Virus record (IMG/VR): IMGVR_UViG_3300031519_003965
Span: 1 to 30,626 of that record
Origin: a virus
Taxonomy: Duplodnaviria > Caudoviricetes
Length of the DNA: 30,626 bases
Reading direction: 5' to 3' (one strand)
Shown here: piece by piece, positions 8,539 to 18,715 of the stretch
Layout: the number at the start of each line of letters is the position of its first letter
Numbering within the stretch: position 1 is the stretch's first letter
Made by a program: the position numbers and the translations under genes
The notes under the pieces: model-generated
The model's database searches: none
Told to the model about the DNA's origin: nothing
Seen by the model: only the letters and a program-made list of their open reading frames with translations

Positions 8539-8943
8539 ATGTTAACTCAGGTTGATGTAAGAGTTTACTGGGATTCCATAGAGGACGGTTTGCGGGAAAT
8601 AAAAAAAGAAGCAAACCCAGAATGGAGACCAGAAGACATATACACTGCTATAGTAAACGGGGTGGCAGAGCTCTATATAGACATAGAGCAAAGTCCATGT
8701 GAGAGCTTTATTATTTTACAAGAGAAGCCAAGCATGTTTAGTCCAACAAAGTCTTTATTGATTTGGGTAGCGTATGATAAGAGAGGCGATGCCAATGGAA
8801 TCTACATGGATTACATTGAGGAAATGGCAAGGCAGAGAGGGTGTAGCAAAGTAGAACTTTGGACACCTTGGGAAGGTCTAGCTAAAACATTGGCTCACAG
8901 GGATTATGAAACGAAATTATATATAGTGGAAAAGGAGTTATAA
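8539..8943 (+). CDS. GNAT-fold-like protein preceding the ejection genes
   Basis: Motifs LLIWVAY, IEEMARQRGCSKVELWT and GLAKTL...Y; a small acetyltransferase-like gene at this position is typical of podoviruses. Confidence 0.6.
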   Translation: MLTQVDVRVYWDSIEDGLREIKKEANPEWRPEDIYTAIVNGVAELYIDIEQSPCESFIILQEKPSMFSPTKSLLIWVAYDKRGDANGIYMDYIEEMARQRGCSKVELWTPWEGLAKTLAHRDYETKLYIVEKEL

Positions 8944-9512
8944 TGAGCGGAGGCGGATCAACAAATATACCAGATTCAGCATCACAGAAGGCGTTAGCCT
9001 CTATTGCTGCACAAAGGTTTAATCTTTATCAACAATACTATGTTCCATTGGAGAATGAGTTTATGGGACAAGTGGCTTCCATGAATACTCCAGAATCTTT
9101 TGAGAATGTTGAGTCGTATGTAACAGCATTACAACAACCAGAATTTCAAGCGGCAAGAAAGCAGTTAGAAACACAAGCATTTACACAAGGGGTTGATCCA
9201 ACAAGTGGTCAATACCAAGCGGCAAGTCAACAAGCAACCCAAGCTCAGGCAAGGGGAATGGGATTAGGAACTTCTGAAGGGCTCTCTGGTCAAGTAGACA
9301 GATACTATCAAGGAATGCAAAACATAATTGCCATGGGTCAGGGTCAAGCAGGATCGGCTATATCTGGTCTTGGCGATGTTGGGGCATTAGCACAACAAAG
9401 GGGAATAGCGGAGGCTAGGCAATCCTTCCAGTCAGGACAGGGCACATCAAGTATAGTTGGAACTGGACTAGGAGTCGGTGCAGGTTTATTTATAGGCAAT
9501 AAGGGAACGTAA
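8943..9512 (+). CDS. Putative ejection / internal virion protein
   Basis: MSGGGST start, YQQYYVPLENEFM, GVDPTSGQY, C-terminal GTGLGVGAG glycine zipper; resembles the equivalent 933W-like protein from memory. Confidence 0.65.
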   Translation: MSGGGSTNIPDSASQKALASIAAQRFNLYQQYYVPLENEFMGQVASMNTPESFENVESYVTALQQPEFQAARKQLETQAFTQGVDPTSGQYQAASQQATQAQARGMGLGTSEGLSGQVDRYYQGMQNIIAMGQGQAGSAISGLGDVGALAQQRGIAEARQSFQSGQGTSSIVGTGLGVGAGLFIGNKGT

Positions 9513-9991
9513 TGGGATTTTACGATCAAGAGGATGAGCGTAGAGATGACCCATATAATCAAAATGACTTATATGTAAATCCATACAGGTCTGGTGATAA
9601 GTCAGCTCAAGACACTCTTGCTGATCTGTACGAGAATGAATTTGAAGACTACTTAAGAAGATTTTTCCCAGTAGAGCAAGACCTAATACAGCAAATGACC
9701 ACGGGTTTTGAGGGTCTACAGCAAGAAGAGATAGGAAGGGCTCAGTCAGCAGTTGCAAGGCAGTATGCTAACACAAGAGGTCAAGAGCAAAGAAGACAGG
9801 CTGGCTTTGGTATAAATCAAGGACAGGGAGGGGTGGGAGATTTTCAAAGATCAGAAACATCTGCATTAGTAGCTGCAAGAAACTTTGCAAAAATGAGATC
9901 AGAAGAAAGAAGAACCCAAATATTGTCTGGTGGATTAGGTAGTAACGTTACACAGAAAAGTGTAATTCAAGGAGGTGGCTTAAATGGCTAG
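9512..9991 (+). CDS. Putative ejection / internal virion protein
   Basis: Helical and Q/E-rich, with FEDYLRRFFP and EERRTQILSGG; coupled to its neighbours. Confidence 0.55.
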   Translation: MGFYDQEDERRDDPYNQNDLYVNPYRSGDKSAQDTLADLYENEFEDYLRRFFPVEQDLIQQMTTGFEGLQQEEIGRAQSAVARQYANTRGQEQRRQAGFGINQGQGGVGDFQRSETSALVAARNFAKMRSEERRTQILSGGLGSNVTQKSVIQGGGLNG

Positions 9992-10280
9992 TGGATTAGG
10001 TGGATTATTGGCAACAGGTCAGAAGACCAAAGAGCAGGCAAAAGCAGGCTTGCTTGGAGCTGCAAGGCTTGAGGCAGGACAAGATATAGCAAAAAGAAAT
10101 CTTGAGATGCAAAAAGAAGCGGGACAACAACAACTTACAGGGACTGCTGTAGGAATAGGTGCCGCATACGGAGCCAACGCAGCTATAGGACTTAAAGGGG
10201 GTGCAGCGGTGGGTGCAGTGGCTACACCAGTGCTTATAGCATTAGCAGCAGCAACATTATTAAATAAACTTTTCGACTAA
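9984..10280 (+). CDS. Putative ejection protein with C-terminal hydrophobic Gly/Ala segment
   Basis: GTAVGIGAAYGANAAIG..AVGAVATPVLIALAAATLL is a likely membrane-inserting tail. Confidence 0.6.
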   Translation: MASGLGGLLATGQKTKEQAKAGLLGAARLEAGQDIAKRNLEMQKEAGQQQLTGTAVGIGAAYGANAAIGLKGGAAVGAVATPVLIALAAATLLNKLFD

Positions 10281-10282
10281 TT

Positions 10283-11845
10283 ATGGCAAACTTATCATCA
10301 GGAATTATAGACGGATTTAACATAGGACTTAAGATATCAGGTCTTGCCTCGGAGAAAGAGAAAGACAAGCTCTTAATGGAGAAGACTAGATTGGATATGG
10401 AGCAGTCAACAGAACTCTTGAACAGCAACCTAAAGACAGCAGGTCTTACTCAAGAACAAACACAACAAGGAATAGATCTTAATAATATTACACTTGGTTA
10501 CGCTAAAGATATGGCTGCGGCGGATCTTGCGGGGAAAGAATTAAATAATACATACTCTCAATCAAGGATTGATTATACTAATAACCTAACGAAAGGCATT
10601 GTGTCGGATCAAAGAAGAGCTCAGATAACTGAAGATTCTGCACTAGCGGTAAATATTTTAGAAAGTGCATCTAAGCTGGGACCTGACTCAACAGAGTTTG
10701 AAAGAAACAGCATAGCATCCCAAATAGGCTTTATAAAATCTCCACTTATAAAAGCACAGTTCAAAAACCTAGATGTGGACTTTAGGAAGTCATTAAATAA
10801 TCTTATGCCAGTTTTTGAATCAGGTGATTTTGCCAATGCCCCTGAAAGTTTTAACGAGGACTTAACAAAAATTTTAAAGCCACAAATACAAACATCTTTT
10901 TTAGGTGCAGACTTTATTACTAAAGACGGAATAACTGGAAAAGTCCAAGATGTTGTTTTAAATGGAGACTTTATAGCCAAGGGAAGAGGGGACGAGATGA
11001 TCCTTGGATCAAAAGTAACAGTTGACTTTGGTGACGATGGGGTAAAGGAATACCAAACATTTCTACCAGATGCAACTGATGATGGTAGAAGAACATTTAG
11101 AGAAGACTTACAACCAGATGATTCAAAGGCAGTGTCAGTAAAAGACACTGTTGATTTTGTTGCTGGGCAAAAACATTATGGATTCCTATTAGACCAAAAT
11201 CCAAGAATGCTTAAATTTTTACAAGAATCGGTTGGTTCTATAGAAGACGCTTATACTCCTCTTGCAAAAACCTTAGAGGCACAAAAGGCAGCAGGGATAA
11301 ATAATATTTTTAAACAAGAAACAGTTGAATATAATGCTCTATTAGCTTCAACTGACGTTGAATCTCTTACAGGTATTAAAGACCCAAAAGATCTACAAAT
11401 ACAAAGCATGTTACGAACATTTTATAACGCCTATGGAAAAGATTCTGGGGTTATTAAAGATGGGGAACTTTTTGTAACAGCAGAAACTGGTGCAGATCCG
11501 TTAAGCGTAATTTACAATAATTCCCCAAAATATAGCACGGCTAGAAGCATGTATGATGGATCTTCTATTGAAGATACTTTGAATAGGTATAGTAATGATG
11601 GTAACGCCAAGGGTGCACCAACATTAAGTATGCTTAATATAAACTTTCCATTCGATGCCCCAGCTAATCAAGTTAAAAATACAATGATAGACCATTTTAG
11701 TGGTAACACAGAGATGCAGGCAGAGATTGAAAATTTTGACCAAGCTTTTAATCAAGCACTAAAGTCAGGAAATGTTCAGCAAAGTGACTATACTCGAGAA
11801 CTTAAAAAACATATAGAAAAAGCGTTAACAAGTTCGGGGTCTTAA
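10283..11845 (+). CDS. Putative ejection / internal virion protein (520 aa)
   Basis: Amphipathic N-terminus LSSGIIDGFNIGL followed by coiled coil; sits between the small ejection genes and the giant gene. Confidence 0.55.
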   Translation: MANLSSGIIDGFNIGLKISGLASEKEKDKLLMEKTRLDMEQSTELLNSNLKTAGLTQEQTQQGIDLNNITLGYAKDMAAADLAGKELNNTYSQSRIDYTNNLTKGIVSDQRRAQITEDSALAVNILESASKLGPDSTEFERNSIASQIGFIKSPLIKAQFKNLDVDFRKSLNNLMPVFESGDFANAPESFNEDLTKILKPQIQTSFLGADFITKDGITGKVQDVVLNGDFIAKGRGDEMILGSKVTVDFGDDGVKEYQTFLPDATDDGRRTFREDLQPDDSKAVSVKDTVDFVAGQKHYGFLLDQNPRMLKFLQESVGSIEDAYTPLAKTLEAQKAAGINNIFKQETVEYNALLASTDVESLTGIKDPKDLQIQSMLRTFYNAYGKDSGVIKDGELFVTAETGADPLSVIYNNSPKYSTARSMYDGSSIEDTLNRYSNDGNAKGAPTLSMLNINFPFDAPANQVKNTMIDHFSGNTEMQAEIENFDQAFNQALKSGNVQQSDYTRELKKHIEKALTSSGS

Positions 11846-11846
11846 T

Positions 11847-14800
11847 ATGGCTAACGAATTTAGCGTCCCCTTACTTGGGGAAAAGGAAGAAGAGAAAAAA
11901 GATGCATTCTCGGTACCTTTATTAAATCAACCGCTTGAAAAAGAAGAAGCCAAGCAAGAAGTCTTTGAAGTTCCATTATTAGGAGAACAGCAGGGTTCGT
12001 ACATTGGTGCATTTAAACCAACGGGAACAAAGTTATTCGACGCAGTAGTAATGGCTGGTGAACAAGGTGCCAACCTTCCCGGAAGAATGATGCGGTCAGC
12101 GAAGAACGCAGCTATACAAGACATCACCGATGATATAAACAGATCTATAGATAGTGGTGATAGATCTTTAATTGATCAACTTCTATTACGCGGAAATGGA
12201 ATTAAATATAGATACGAGAAACAAACCTTAGAAAACGAACTAGGCATATCTGATAAAGGAAACTTAGCTATACTTTGGGAGACAGCATTTGGAGAAAGTG
12301 CAAGATCAATTTTAAAAGACCAAGTTAAATACAAAAACATGTCAATGCAAGAAAGGTCTAATGCAAGAGAAGAGTTAAAGAAAGAGTCTAAAGAACATGT
12401 GGCAGAAACAAAAAAAATAAATGATGCATATAACTTAAAAAAACAAAAGCTTTGGGATAAGAGAGATTACACAACCGAAGAGATAGCATTAATTGGCGGT
12501 GTCTCCTCTATGGCTGTTTCATTAACGAGCATGGGGGCTGCGGTATTTACTAAAAATCCAAAAATCGCCTATGCAACACTCCCTTATTTTGGTCTTGTAA
12601 CACAACAAGAAACCTATGAAAGCTCAATATCATCTGGCATGTCAGATAAAGATGCAAGATATAACTCTTACATTCAAGGCGGAACAGAGGTTGCTTCAGA
12701 AATGCTAACTCAATTTACTGTTGTAAAAAGTTTAAACAAATTTTTAAAAAACCAAAAACAAAATATAAAAAGTTTGGTATTAGAGGGCGGTGGAATACTT
12801 GTCGCAGAATCACTCGGTGAACAAGCAAATGGATTCTTACAATCTATTACTCAGGCATATTACGACAATACAGATGAATTAAAAATTGCTTGGGACAACA
12901 AAGACAATCCTTTATACGAGGGAACAGATTATAAAGATATATTATGGGAAAGAGCTAGGCTAACATCTATAGCAAGTTTAGCAGCTGGTGGTGGTATAGT
13001 GACTACAAATGGTGCTATAAAATATAACGCCTCAAAAAATTGGATAAAAAATAGTTCCAATCCTCAAAAAACACAAGAGTCTGTAAAAAATGTCATACTC
13101 GCCAAGGAGCTGGACAAGGTAGCCCTCGAGCAGGCAGGAGCTAGATCTTTAGAAGACGAAAATTTAAATGATGCCAACGTTGATCCAATGGAAATATTGG
13201 CAGAAGAAATTCTCAAGATAGAATTGCCGGGCAATAAATCTGAAACTGTATCTGAGCCAAGTAATGAATTTGCTGGAGACCCAGAAAATAATGTTCTTAA
13301 CATAGACGATGGTCTTTCAAATGTAGGAAAGTATCTACAAGCAAAAGGATACGACATAGATAAAATGAATCTTACAACAGGTACTGATTTTGCAGCGGGT
13401 CTAAGAAATGAACCGCCAAATCAAATAAGACTTTTAGACTCAATAGGATTTCGTGTAGACCTAAATAATGTAAAAGAAACAGCAAACAAGATAGACCAAT
13501 TTATTATTGACCAAAAAGCAGAAAATAAATTTAAGATAAAGGTTAAGCCAACCCCCAAGCAAACAATAGAGTTACCTAAAAAACCTAAAGTCATAACAAC
13601 AAGAAGTCTGGCTCTAGGGGCTATGAGTAATAATGCTATCAAACAAGAAGAGATTAGAAGGGCTTTATCTGATGGTGGAGATAATGTATCTCCCGCATAT
13701 AGAGTTGCTAGAGGTAAAAAAGGAGAAGATACTTTAGATAATATTGGCGAGCAATTAATGGAAGCTGGTTTCTTTAAAGATCAAAATGAAGGCGGTACTA
13801 TAGAAACAGCAGGAGAAGCATCCAGACCAGACCTAAACCAAGTAGCTGATATTTTAGAGCAAAACTTATTAATGCCTGAGTCCCAAAGACAGTTGGATCA
13901 ATACGAGGCAGAGATGGAAGAAATCATCTATGACTTCATATTAAAAAATCCAGATGCAACAGTAGTTGGTATAAGAAAAGCAGCTGGTGGTAAGACTAGC
14001 AAGATAAACATAGACGATACCCTTAACAGGCTTGAGGAAAAGGATGGTATAGAGAAGTCCTCTGTGACTGGTGAATATACCTACAAGGTAACTGGACAAG
14101 AACAACAAGCAAAGACAGACCCAGTAACAATAGAATTTACAGAACAAGTAGTGCCCGATTCATCACAGCCAGTAACCTTGGAAGATTTTGAAAACATACC
14201 AAACTTTCCAGCAGATGATTATTTTAATGAACAAGATAAGATTCCAGTTTATCCTGAGTTTGAAGAATACACCCCGAAGAACACCCCATTAAAACCAGCA
14301 AGATCTGGGAATAAAAGTGATTTAGATAAAGGTTCTAACATTACAGACCCGCCAAAAGAGGAAGAGGTTGATCCGTGGGGAGTCGGTGAAGTATCTTCTT
14401 TGGAAGAAAAAAAACAAGAGTTAGAATTTAAATTTCAAAATACAGTTGGCTATGTCAAAGATGTAGAAAAGGCAAGAGATACAAAGGCAAAAGAGCTAGG
14501 CTTGCCAAGCCTTACCATATCTGAAAAACCATCAGAAGCCTTTGTAAGATTACCCGGGGTAAGGGCTACTAAACAGCAAAAGTCTTTAGAAGCAGCAGAA
14601 GTTATTGTTGAAAAAATGCAAGAACAAAATGTCAAAGCAGATGATGTTGATATTGTTGCTAGAGCATTACATGCACCAGAAAGAAATAGAAAGGTTTATA
14701 AAGATAAGTTGAACAGCATTGATGAACTAATAAAAGAAGCAGGTGAAACCCCTACTAAAAACCAAGAAGCTCAAATAGAAAAAGCAAAAAAAGATGCAGC

Positions 14801-17375
14801 AAGGTTTGAGGATAGTGGTTCTGGGATAAAAACAGAAGAGGCAATAGATGCCTTGAAAGATTATGGCATAGAACATAATGGTATGGAGGCAACAGCACTT
14901 AACGAAGATGGTCAAGCATTATTAGATATAGTAAATGAGTACCATCAATACATCAAAGAGACAGTGGAACTTTACAATGAGGGTGGTTTAATAGATGACT
15001 CTACTTCAGAAGACTTTAGGTCTGGAGAAAATTATAAATATTATGTTCCCTTAACAGGATGGGCTGCAGATACTACAGTTGACAACAAACCAAACAGGAA
15101 GGGTAAGGGTCTATCTATTAGGGATGGTGAATTCATAAAAGCAGAAGGAAGAAGGTCTATATCAGCCTCTCCGTTTATTCAAATGGTTAATCAAAGACAA
15201 ACAGCCATAGAAAGAGCCACAAAAAATGATGTATTAAATAGAATAGGAAAACTATTTACAGAAGACTTTGATGGAAGTGACATAGCAGAAGTTGTTGACA
15301 TAAAGCCAAAAGAAATGGAGATGGTGTTTGGTTTTAAAGAGGGTGGTAATCAAAAGTGGTTAAAAGTTTATGACGAAAAACTAGCCAGATCTCTAAATGC
15401 CTACGATGCAGATACATTGGATGCATTCTCAAAAACAATGAGACCTATAACAAGGTTACAGTCAGCATTATATACAGCATTCTCTCCTCCATTTGTTTTA
15501 AAGAACTTTATGCGAGATCTTATTGGGGGTGGTATAGGAATATACACAGAGCAAAATTTACCCGGCGGAAGGGCTGAAGGAAAAGCTATACTTGAAAGCA
15601 GTGTTAAGAATGTCTTACCAAGGCTAAGGCAATTTTATCAAGGTATAAAAGGAAAGCAGATAGAGGAAAATGGGATACAGGAAGCCTATGAAAGATTTAA
15701 TGAGTATGGTGCCAACTCTGGTTTTGTTACTACCTTAGGTCAAGAAAGGATAGGTGATTTTTATAAAGACTTAACAAAAAAATATGAAGGAACGGCATCA
15801 TTAGAAGGAAAAGATAAACTACTTCTTAGAGTTACTGGTGGTCTTAAAAAACCATTTAAAGCAACGTCTGACTGGATGTATGATTTAAATAGTGCAGTAG
15901 AAAATGGAATAAGATTCTCTACATTTGTAGAATTTATCAAAGCAGAAAATGGCGGTAGGGTACAAGGTGCTAAAAAGGAAACCTTAGAGCAAGCTGCCTC
16001 TTTAGCTAAACAATTGACCATTGACTACACCACAAAAGGTCAACTGAATAATACTATTAACTCACATTTTATTTTCTTTAATGCTGCGGTTCAGAGTAAT
16101 GTTCCTCTTTACAGGGCGTTGGCTAAAAATAAAAAAGTAGCCCTACAAGTTGGCGGTGGTATTGCAACTTATGGAACCATGCTTACTTTATATAACTTCT
16201 TGGTCTCTGAAGAAGATGAGACTGGAAGACCTATCTATGAAAATATAGCAGAAAGATATGGCAACAGATATATTATTACTATGATCCCCGGGGTAAAGAT
16301 TAATAGTAATGACGAGCTTCCTAAACTTTCTTTCGGAGGCGGACCAATAAAAGTTAATGGTAAGACTGTTGCTTTTGCATACCCACAAACCCTAGGATTT
16401 AACGTGCCATTTAACTTGGCAAGAAATGCCGTTGAAACTCAGGCACATAAAATATTTAAACTTAATAGACAATCAAAGACTGTCGGCAAGGCTGCTTTAG
16501 ATATGTTTGATACGTTCAGCACTGGTGTTATGCCATTGGGTGTCAACGTTTCCAAGAAGGGAGACCTAGAGGGGTTTGCCTCTACAGTTGTAAGAGCCAT
16601 AACACCATCTTATGCAAGACCGCTCACAGAAATAGCTGTTAATGAAAACTTTTTTAACATTCCTATTACAAAACAATTTTATGGTGGGTCTAAAGGAATA
16701 CCAGAATCATCTGTAGTCACAAGTTATGATAAAGATGTTTATGTATCATTAGCTCAGTTTGTCAATCAGATGACTGGGGGCAATAACGAGATGCTGGAAA
16801 AGGGTTTTGTTGATTTACAACCGGGTCAAATAAAATACATAACAGAATATTACGGTGGCGGACCAATGTCTTTTGCAAATAAAACAGTAGAAGGTTTGAG
16901 AAGGTATATGTATTCTGAAATACAAGATGTAAAAGATATAAACTTTGTTAATACTTTCTTAGTTCAAGAACAAGATGGTGTCTATTCCAGAAGATTCTAT
17001 AGTGCTATGGACGACATTGAGAGCAAGACCTTCAAGTATGACAAAATAGAAAACCCAGAAGCAAAAGCTGATTTTTATAGAAAAAATAAAAATGTAATTA
17101 AGTTAAATTACTTAAGTGATATGGATAAACAAATTAAAAAATCCTTACCATCAGAGTTAAAGGGTGTTGTAGAAAAACCACTAACTGATATTAGACGTAG
17201 AATGGATAAGATAAAAGATGCTGACAAAACACTATCTGCATTAAAGCTTAGACAAAAAGATCCTTCTTCTTATTATTTAAAAATAGATAAAATAAAAGAA
17301 GAAAAAAGAGAAGTCCACATAGACTTATTGAAACAGTATGAGAAAGCTATGGCGAAAGACGAGAAGCAGGACTAA
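11847..17375 (+). CDS. Giant internal virion/ejection protein with C-terminal LPD38-like domain
   Basis: 1842 aa. C-terminal half has KYYVPL, PPFVLKNFMRD, NSAVENGIRFSTF, AKQLTIDY..KG, FIFFNAAVQS and PLTEIAVNENFFNIPI, recalled as typical of LPD38-containing polyvalent phage proteins. Confidence 0.7.
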   Translation: MANEFSVPLLGEKEEEKKDAFSVPLLNQPLEKEEAKQEVFEVPLLGEQQGSYIGAFKPTGTKLFDAVVMAGEQGANLPGRMMRSAKNAAIQDITDDINRSIDSGDRSLIDQLLLRGNGIKYRYEKQTLENELGISDKGNLAILWETAFGESARSILKDQVKYKNMSMQERSNAREELKKESKEHVAETKKINDAYNLKKQKLWDKRDYTTEEIALIGGVSSMAVSLTSMGAAVFTKNPKIAYATLPYFGLVTQQETYESSISSGMSDKDARYNSYIQGGTEVASEMLTQFTVVKSLNKFLKNQKQNIKSLVLEGGGILVAESLGEQANGFLQSITQAYYDNTDELKIAWDNKDNPLYEGTDYKDILWERARLTSIASLAAGGGIVTTNGAIKYNASKNWIKNSSNPQKTQESVKNVILAKELDKVALEQAGARSLEDENLNDANVDPMEILAEEILKIELPGNKSETVSEPSNEFAGDPENNVLNIDDGLSNVGKYLQAKGYDIDKMNLTTGTDFAAGLRNEPPNQIRLLDSIGFRVDLNNVKETANKIDQFIIDQKAENKFKIKVKPTPKQTIELPKKPKVITTRSLALGAMSNNAIKQEEIRRALSDGGDNVSPAYRVARGKKGEDTLDNIGEQLMEAGFFKDQNEGGTIETAGEASRPDLNQVADILEQNLLMPESQRQLDQYEAEMEEIIYDFILKNPDATVVGIRKAAGGKTSKINIDDTLNRLEEKDGIEKSSVTGEYTYKVTGQEQQAKTDPVTIEFTEQVVPDSSQPVTLEDFENIPNFPADDYFNEQDKIPVYPEFEEYTPKNTPLKPARSGNKSDLDKGSNITDPPKEEEVDPWGVGEVSSLEEKKQELEFKFQNTVGYVKDVEKARDTKAKELGLPSLTISEKPSEAFVRLPGVRATKQQKSLEAAEVIVEKMQEQNVKADDVDIVARALHAPERNRKVYKDKLNSIDELIKEAGETPTKNQEAQIEKAKKDAARFEDSGSGIKTEEAIDALKDYGIEHNGMEATALNEDGQALLDIVNEYHQYIKETVELYNEGGLIDDSTSEDFRSGENYKYYVPLTGWAADTTVDNKPNRKGKGLSIRDGEFIKAEGRRSISASPFIQMVNQRQTAIERATKNDVLNRIGKLFTEDFDGSDIAEVVDIKPKEMEMVFGFKEGGNQKWLKVYDEKLARSLNAYDADTLDAFSKTMRPITRLQSALYTAFSPPFVLKNFMRDLIGGGIGIYTEQNLPGGRAEGKAILESSVKNVLPRLRQFYQGIKGKQIEENGIQEAYERFNEYGANSGFVTTLGQERIGDFYKDLTKKYEGTASLEGKDKLLLRVTGGLKKPFKATSDWMYDLNSAVENGIRFSTFVEFIKAENGGRVQGAKKETLEQAASLAKQLTIDYTTKGQLNNTINSHFIFFNAAVQSNVPLYRALAKNKKVALQVGGGIATYGTMLTLYNFLVSEEDETGRPIYENIAERYGNRYIITMIPGVKINSNDELPKLSFGGGPIKVNGKTVAFAYPQTLGFNVPFNLARNAVETQAHKIFKLNRQSKTVGKAALDMFDTFSTGVMPLGVNVSKKGDLEGFASTVVRAITPSYARPLTEIAVNENFFNIPITKQFYGGSKGIPESSVVTSYDKDVYVSLAQFVNQMTGGNNEMLEKGFVDLQPGQIKYITEYYGGGPMSFANKTVEGLRRYMYSEIQDVKDINFVNTFLVQEQDGVYSRRFYSAMDDIESKTFKYDKIENPEAKADFYRKNKNVIKLNYLSDMDKQIKKSLPSELKGVVEKPLTDIRRRMDKIKDADKTLSALKLRQKDPSSYYLKIDKIKEEKREVHIDLLKQYEKAMAKDEKQD

Positions 17376-17433
17376 TAGGTACATACTAAGTCGGGGGGAA
17401 ATATGACAAAACCCATAAGCCCTGCTGTAAATA

Positions 17434-18234
17434 CTAGGATATCAGACTATTACTAACCTCACAAGCATCGCTCAAATAATCCTTTGATAGATGTGCATAC
17501 CTGTTTACTATATTAAAATCAGACCACCCACCAAGATGTTGTAACGTGTGCAGCGGAGTTCCATTTTGCACATGATGGGTAGCCCAAGTGTGACGTATGT
17601 CATGCCATCTAAATCCCTCTAGGTTGGCTTTCTTTAAAGCGGTATACCAACCAGTGTTAGACGCTCTGGTAATTCTTCTTCCCGCATAGGTGAAAACATA
17701 AGGACTAACTTTTTCAATTGAATCTAGGAGCTCTCTGCATTTAATGTTTAATGGAACACAAAGACTTCTGCCGTTTTTAGTTTCAGATCCATCAATGGCT
17801 ATCTGGTTTTCCATTATATCAACCCACTTAAGATTGAAGCAGTTGGACATCCTAACCCCTGTAAGGAGGGAGAATATAAAAGGTTTCTGCAAGTGTAGGG
17901 GGAGCTCATTATGCAGTTTCTTTATATCATCCAAAGAAAAGTATTTGACTCTTAATGAATCTTCTTTTACTTTCTTTATTACAGGCTTGGCATCCAACCA
18001 CCCCAATTCTTCGTAGGCATACATAAGTATTGCCCTGAAGTAGTTTAAATATCTATTGACAGTTCCGGGCTTGCCTTTAATCTTAGACCTAACCATCGCG
18101 ATATGTTCTTTTTTTATATCTTTTAAATCCATGCCCTCAAAGAAGGGATCAAAAAATTTTCTAAAGGTAAAATCATTCTTACCCATGTGACTGAATTTAT
18201 AGTATTCAGTAACTGCTTCTTTCCATGTATTCAT
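17434..18234 (-). CDS. int: Tyrosine recombinase / integrase (short, 266 aa)
   Basis: Catalytic set TGVRMSN (R), ETKNG (K), HDIRHTWAT (HxxR), LGGW (W) and RYAH (Y); core-binding motif PGTVNRYL..RAI. Confidence 0.92.
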   Translation of the reverse strand: MNTWKEAVTEYYKFSHMGKNDFTFRKFFDPFFEGMDLKDIKKEHIAMVRSKIKGKPGTVNRYLNYFRAILMYAYEELGWLDAKPVIKKVKEDSLRVKYFSLDDIKKLHNELPLHLQKPFIFSLLTGVRMSNCFNLKWVDIMENQIAIDGSETKNGRSLCVPLNIKCRELLDSIEKVSPYVFTYAGRRITRASNTGWYTALKKANLEGFRWHDIRHTWATHHVQNGTPLHTLQHLGGWSDFNIVNRYAHLSKDYLSDACEVSNSLIS

Positions 18235-18361
18235 TTTGTATCCTTGTTGACCAGTTTAATAATTCCTTAAGCTTTAAATCCCAAAGCTTTTTAAACTCCG
18301 GGTCTTTTGCATTTTTCTTTGCTTCCTTTAAGGCAATGCATCTTTTGGTTATGTTATGCAT
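18206..18361 (-). CDS. Small hypothetical protein (51 aa, not in ORF track)
   Basis: MHNITKRCIALKEAKKNAKDPEFKKLWDLKLKELLNWSTRIQNEYMERSSY*; overlaps both neighbours in the leftward operon. Confidence 0.55.
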   Translation of the reverse strand: MHNITKRCIALKEAKKNAKDPEFKKLWDLKLKELLNWSTRIQNEYMERSSY

Positions 18362-18434
18362 TAGTAAGAACCAAAGCTGCTGCGGACAAAAGCATCCCTA
18401 TAACAGAGACAATAATTAAAGTATCATGTTTCAT
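18354..18434 (-). CDS. 26-aa single-TM membrane peptide (not in ORF track)
   Basis: MKHDTLIIVSVIGMLLSAAALVLTNA* preceded by strong SD AGGAGGGG; fills the gap between two ORFs. Confidence 0.55.
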   Translation of the reverse strand: MKHDTLIIVSVIGMLLSAAALVLTNA

Positions 18435-18714
18435 TTTTCCCCTCCTTTTTTTTGTTTCTATGTAGTTTATAAAGTTCCTTAAAGTATTCTATTTCTTCCT
18501 GCATGTTAGCCCAAATTTCATCTTTGGCTTCTTGCTTTTGTTTTGCATCAAGCTTTGTTAAGATCTGGAAGTCTGACTTCTTAGGTGTCCACCATTGGTG
18601 ATTAAGGGATTTGTATGCAGGGGAGGGATCTCCCTCAGTCTTCCACCTCCACTCAACTGCCCCATGTTCTGTGTCTTCATTAAAAACTAGTAATGCGTTT
18701 GGATATAGTTCCAT
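18424..18714 (-). CDS. Hypothetical protein
   Basis: 96-aa ORF with AGGAG SD; no family recognised. Confidence 0.7.
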   Translation of the reverse strand: MELYPNALLVFNEDTEHGAVEWRWKTEGDPSPAYKSLNHQWWTPKKSDFQILTKLDAKQKQEAKDEIWANMQEEIEYFKELYKLHRNKKKEGKNET

Positions 18715-18715
18715 T

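Noticed and set aside
17365-17376. AGCAGGACTAAT at the end of the giant gene, resembling the junction repeat
   Set aside because: Short match with a mismatch, no SD and no following ATG; plausibly chance.
17376-17433. Possible attP, dif site or terminator between convergent genes
   Set aside because: No tRNA-like core, no dif consensus and no convincing hairpin with a U-tract.
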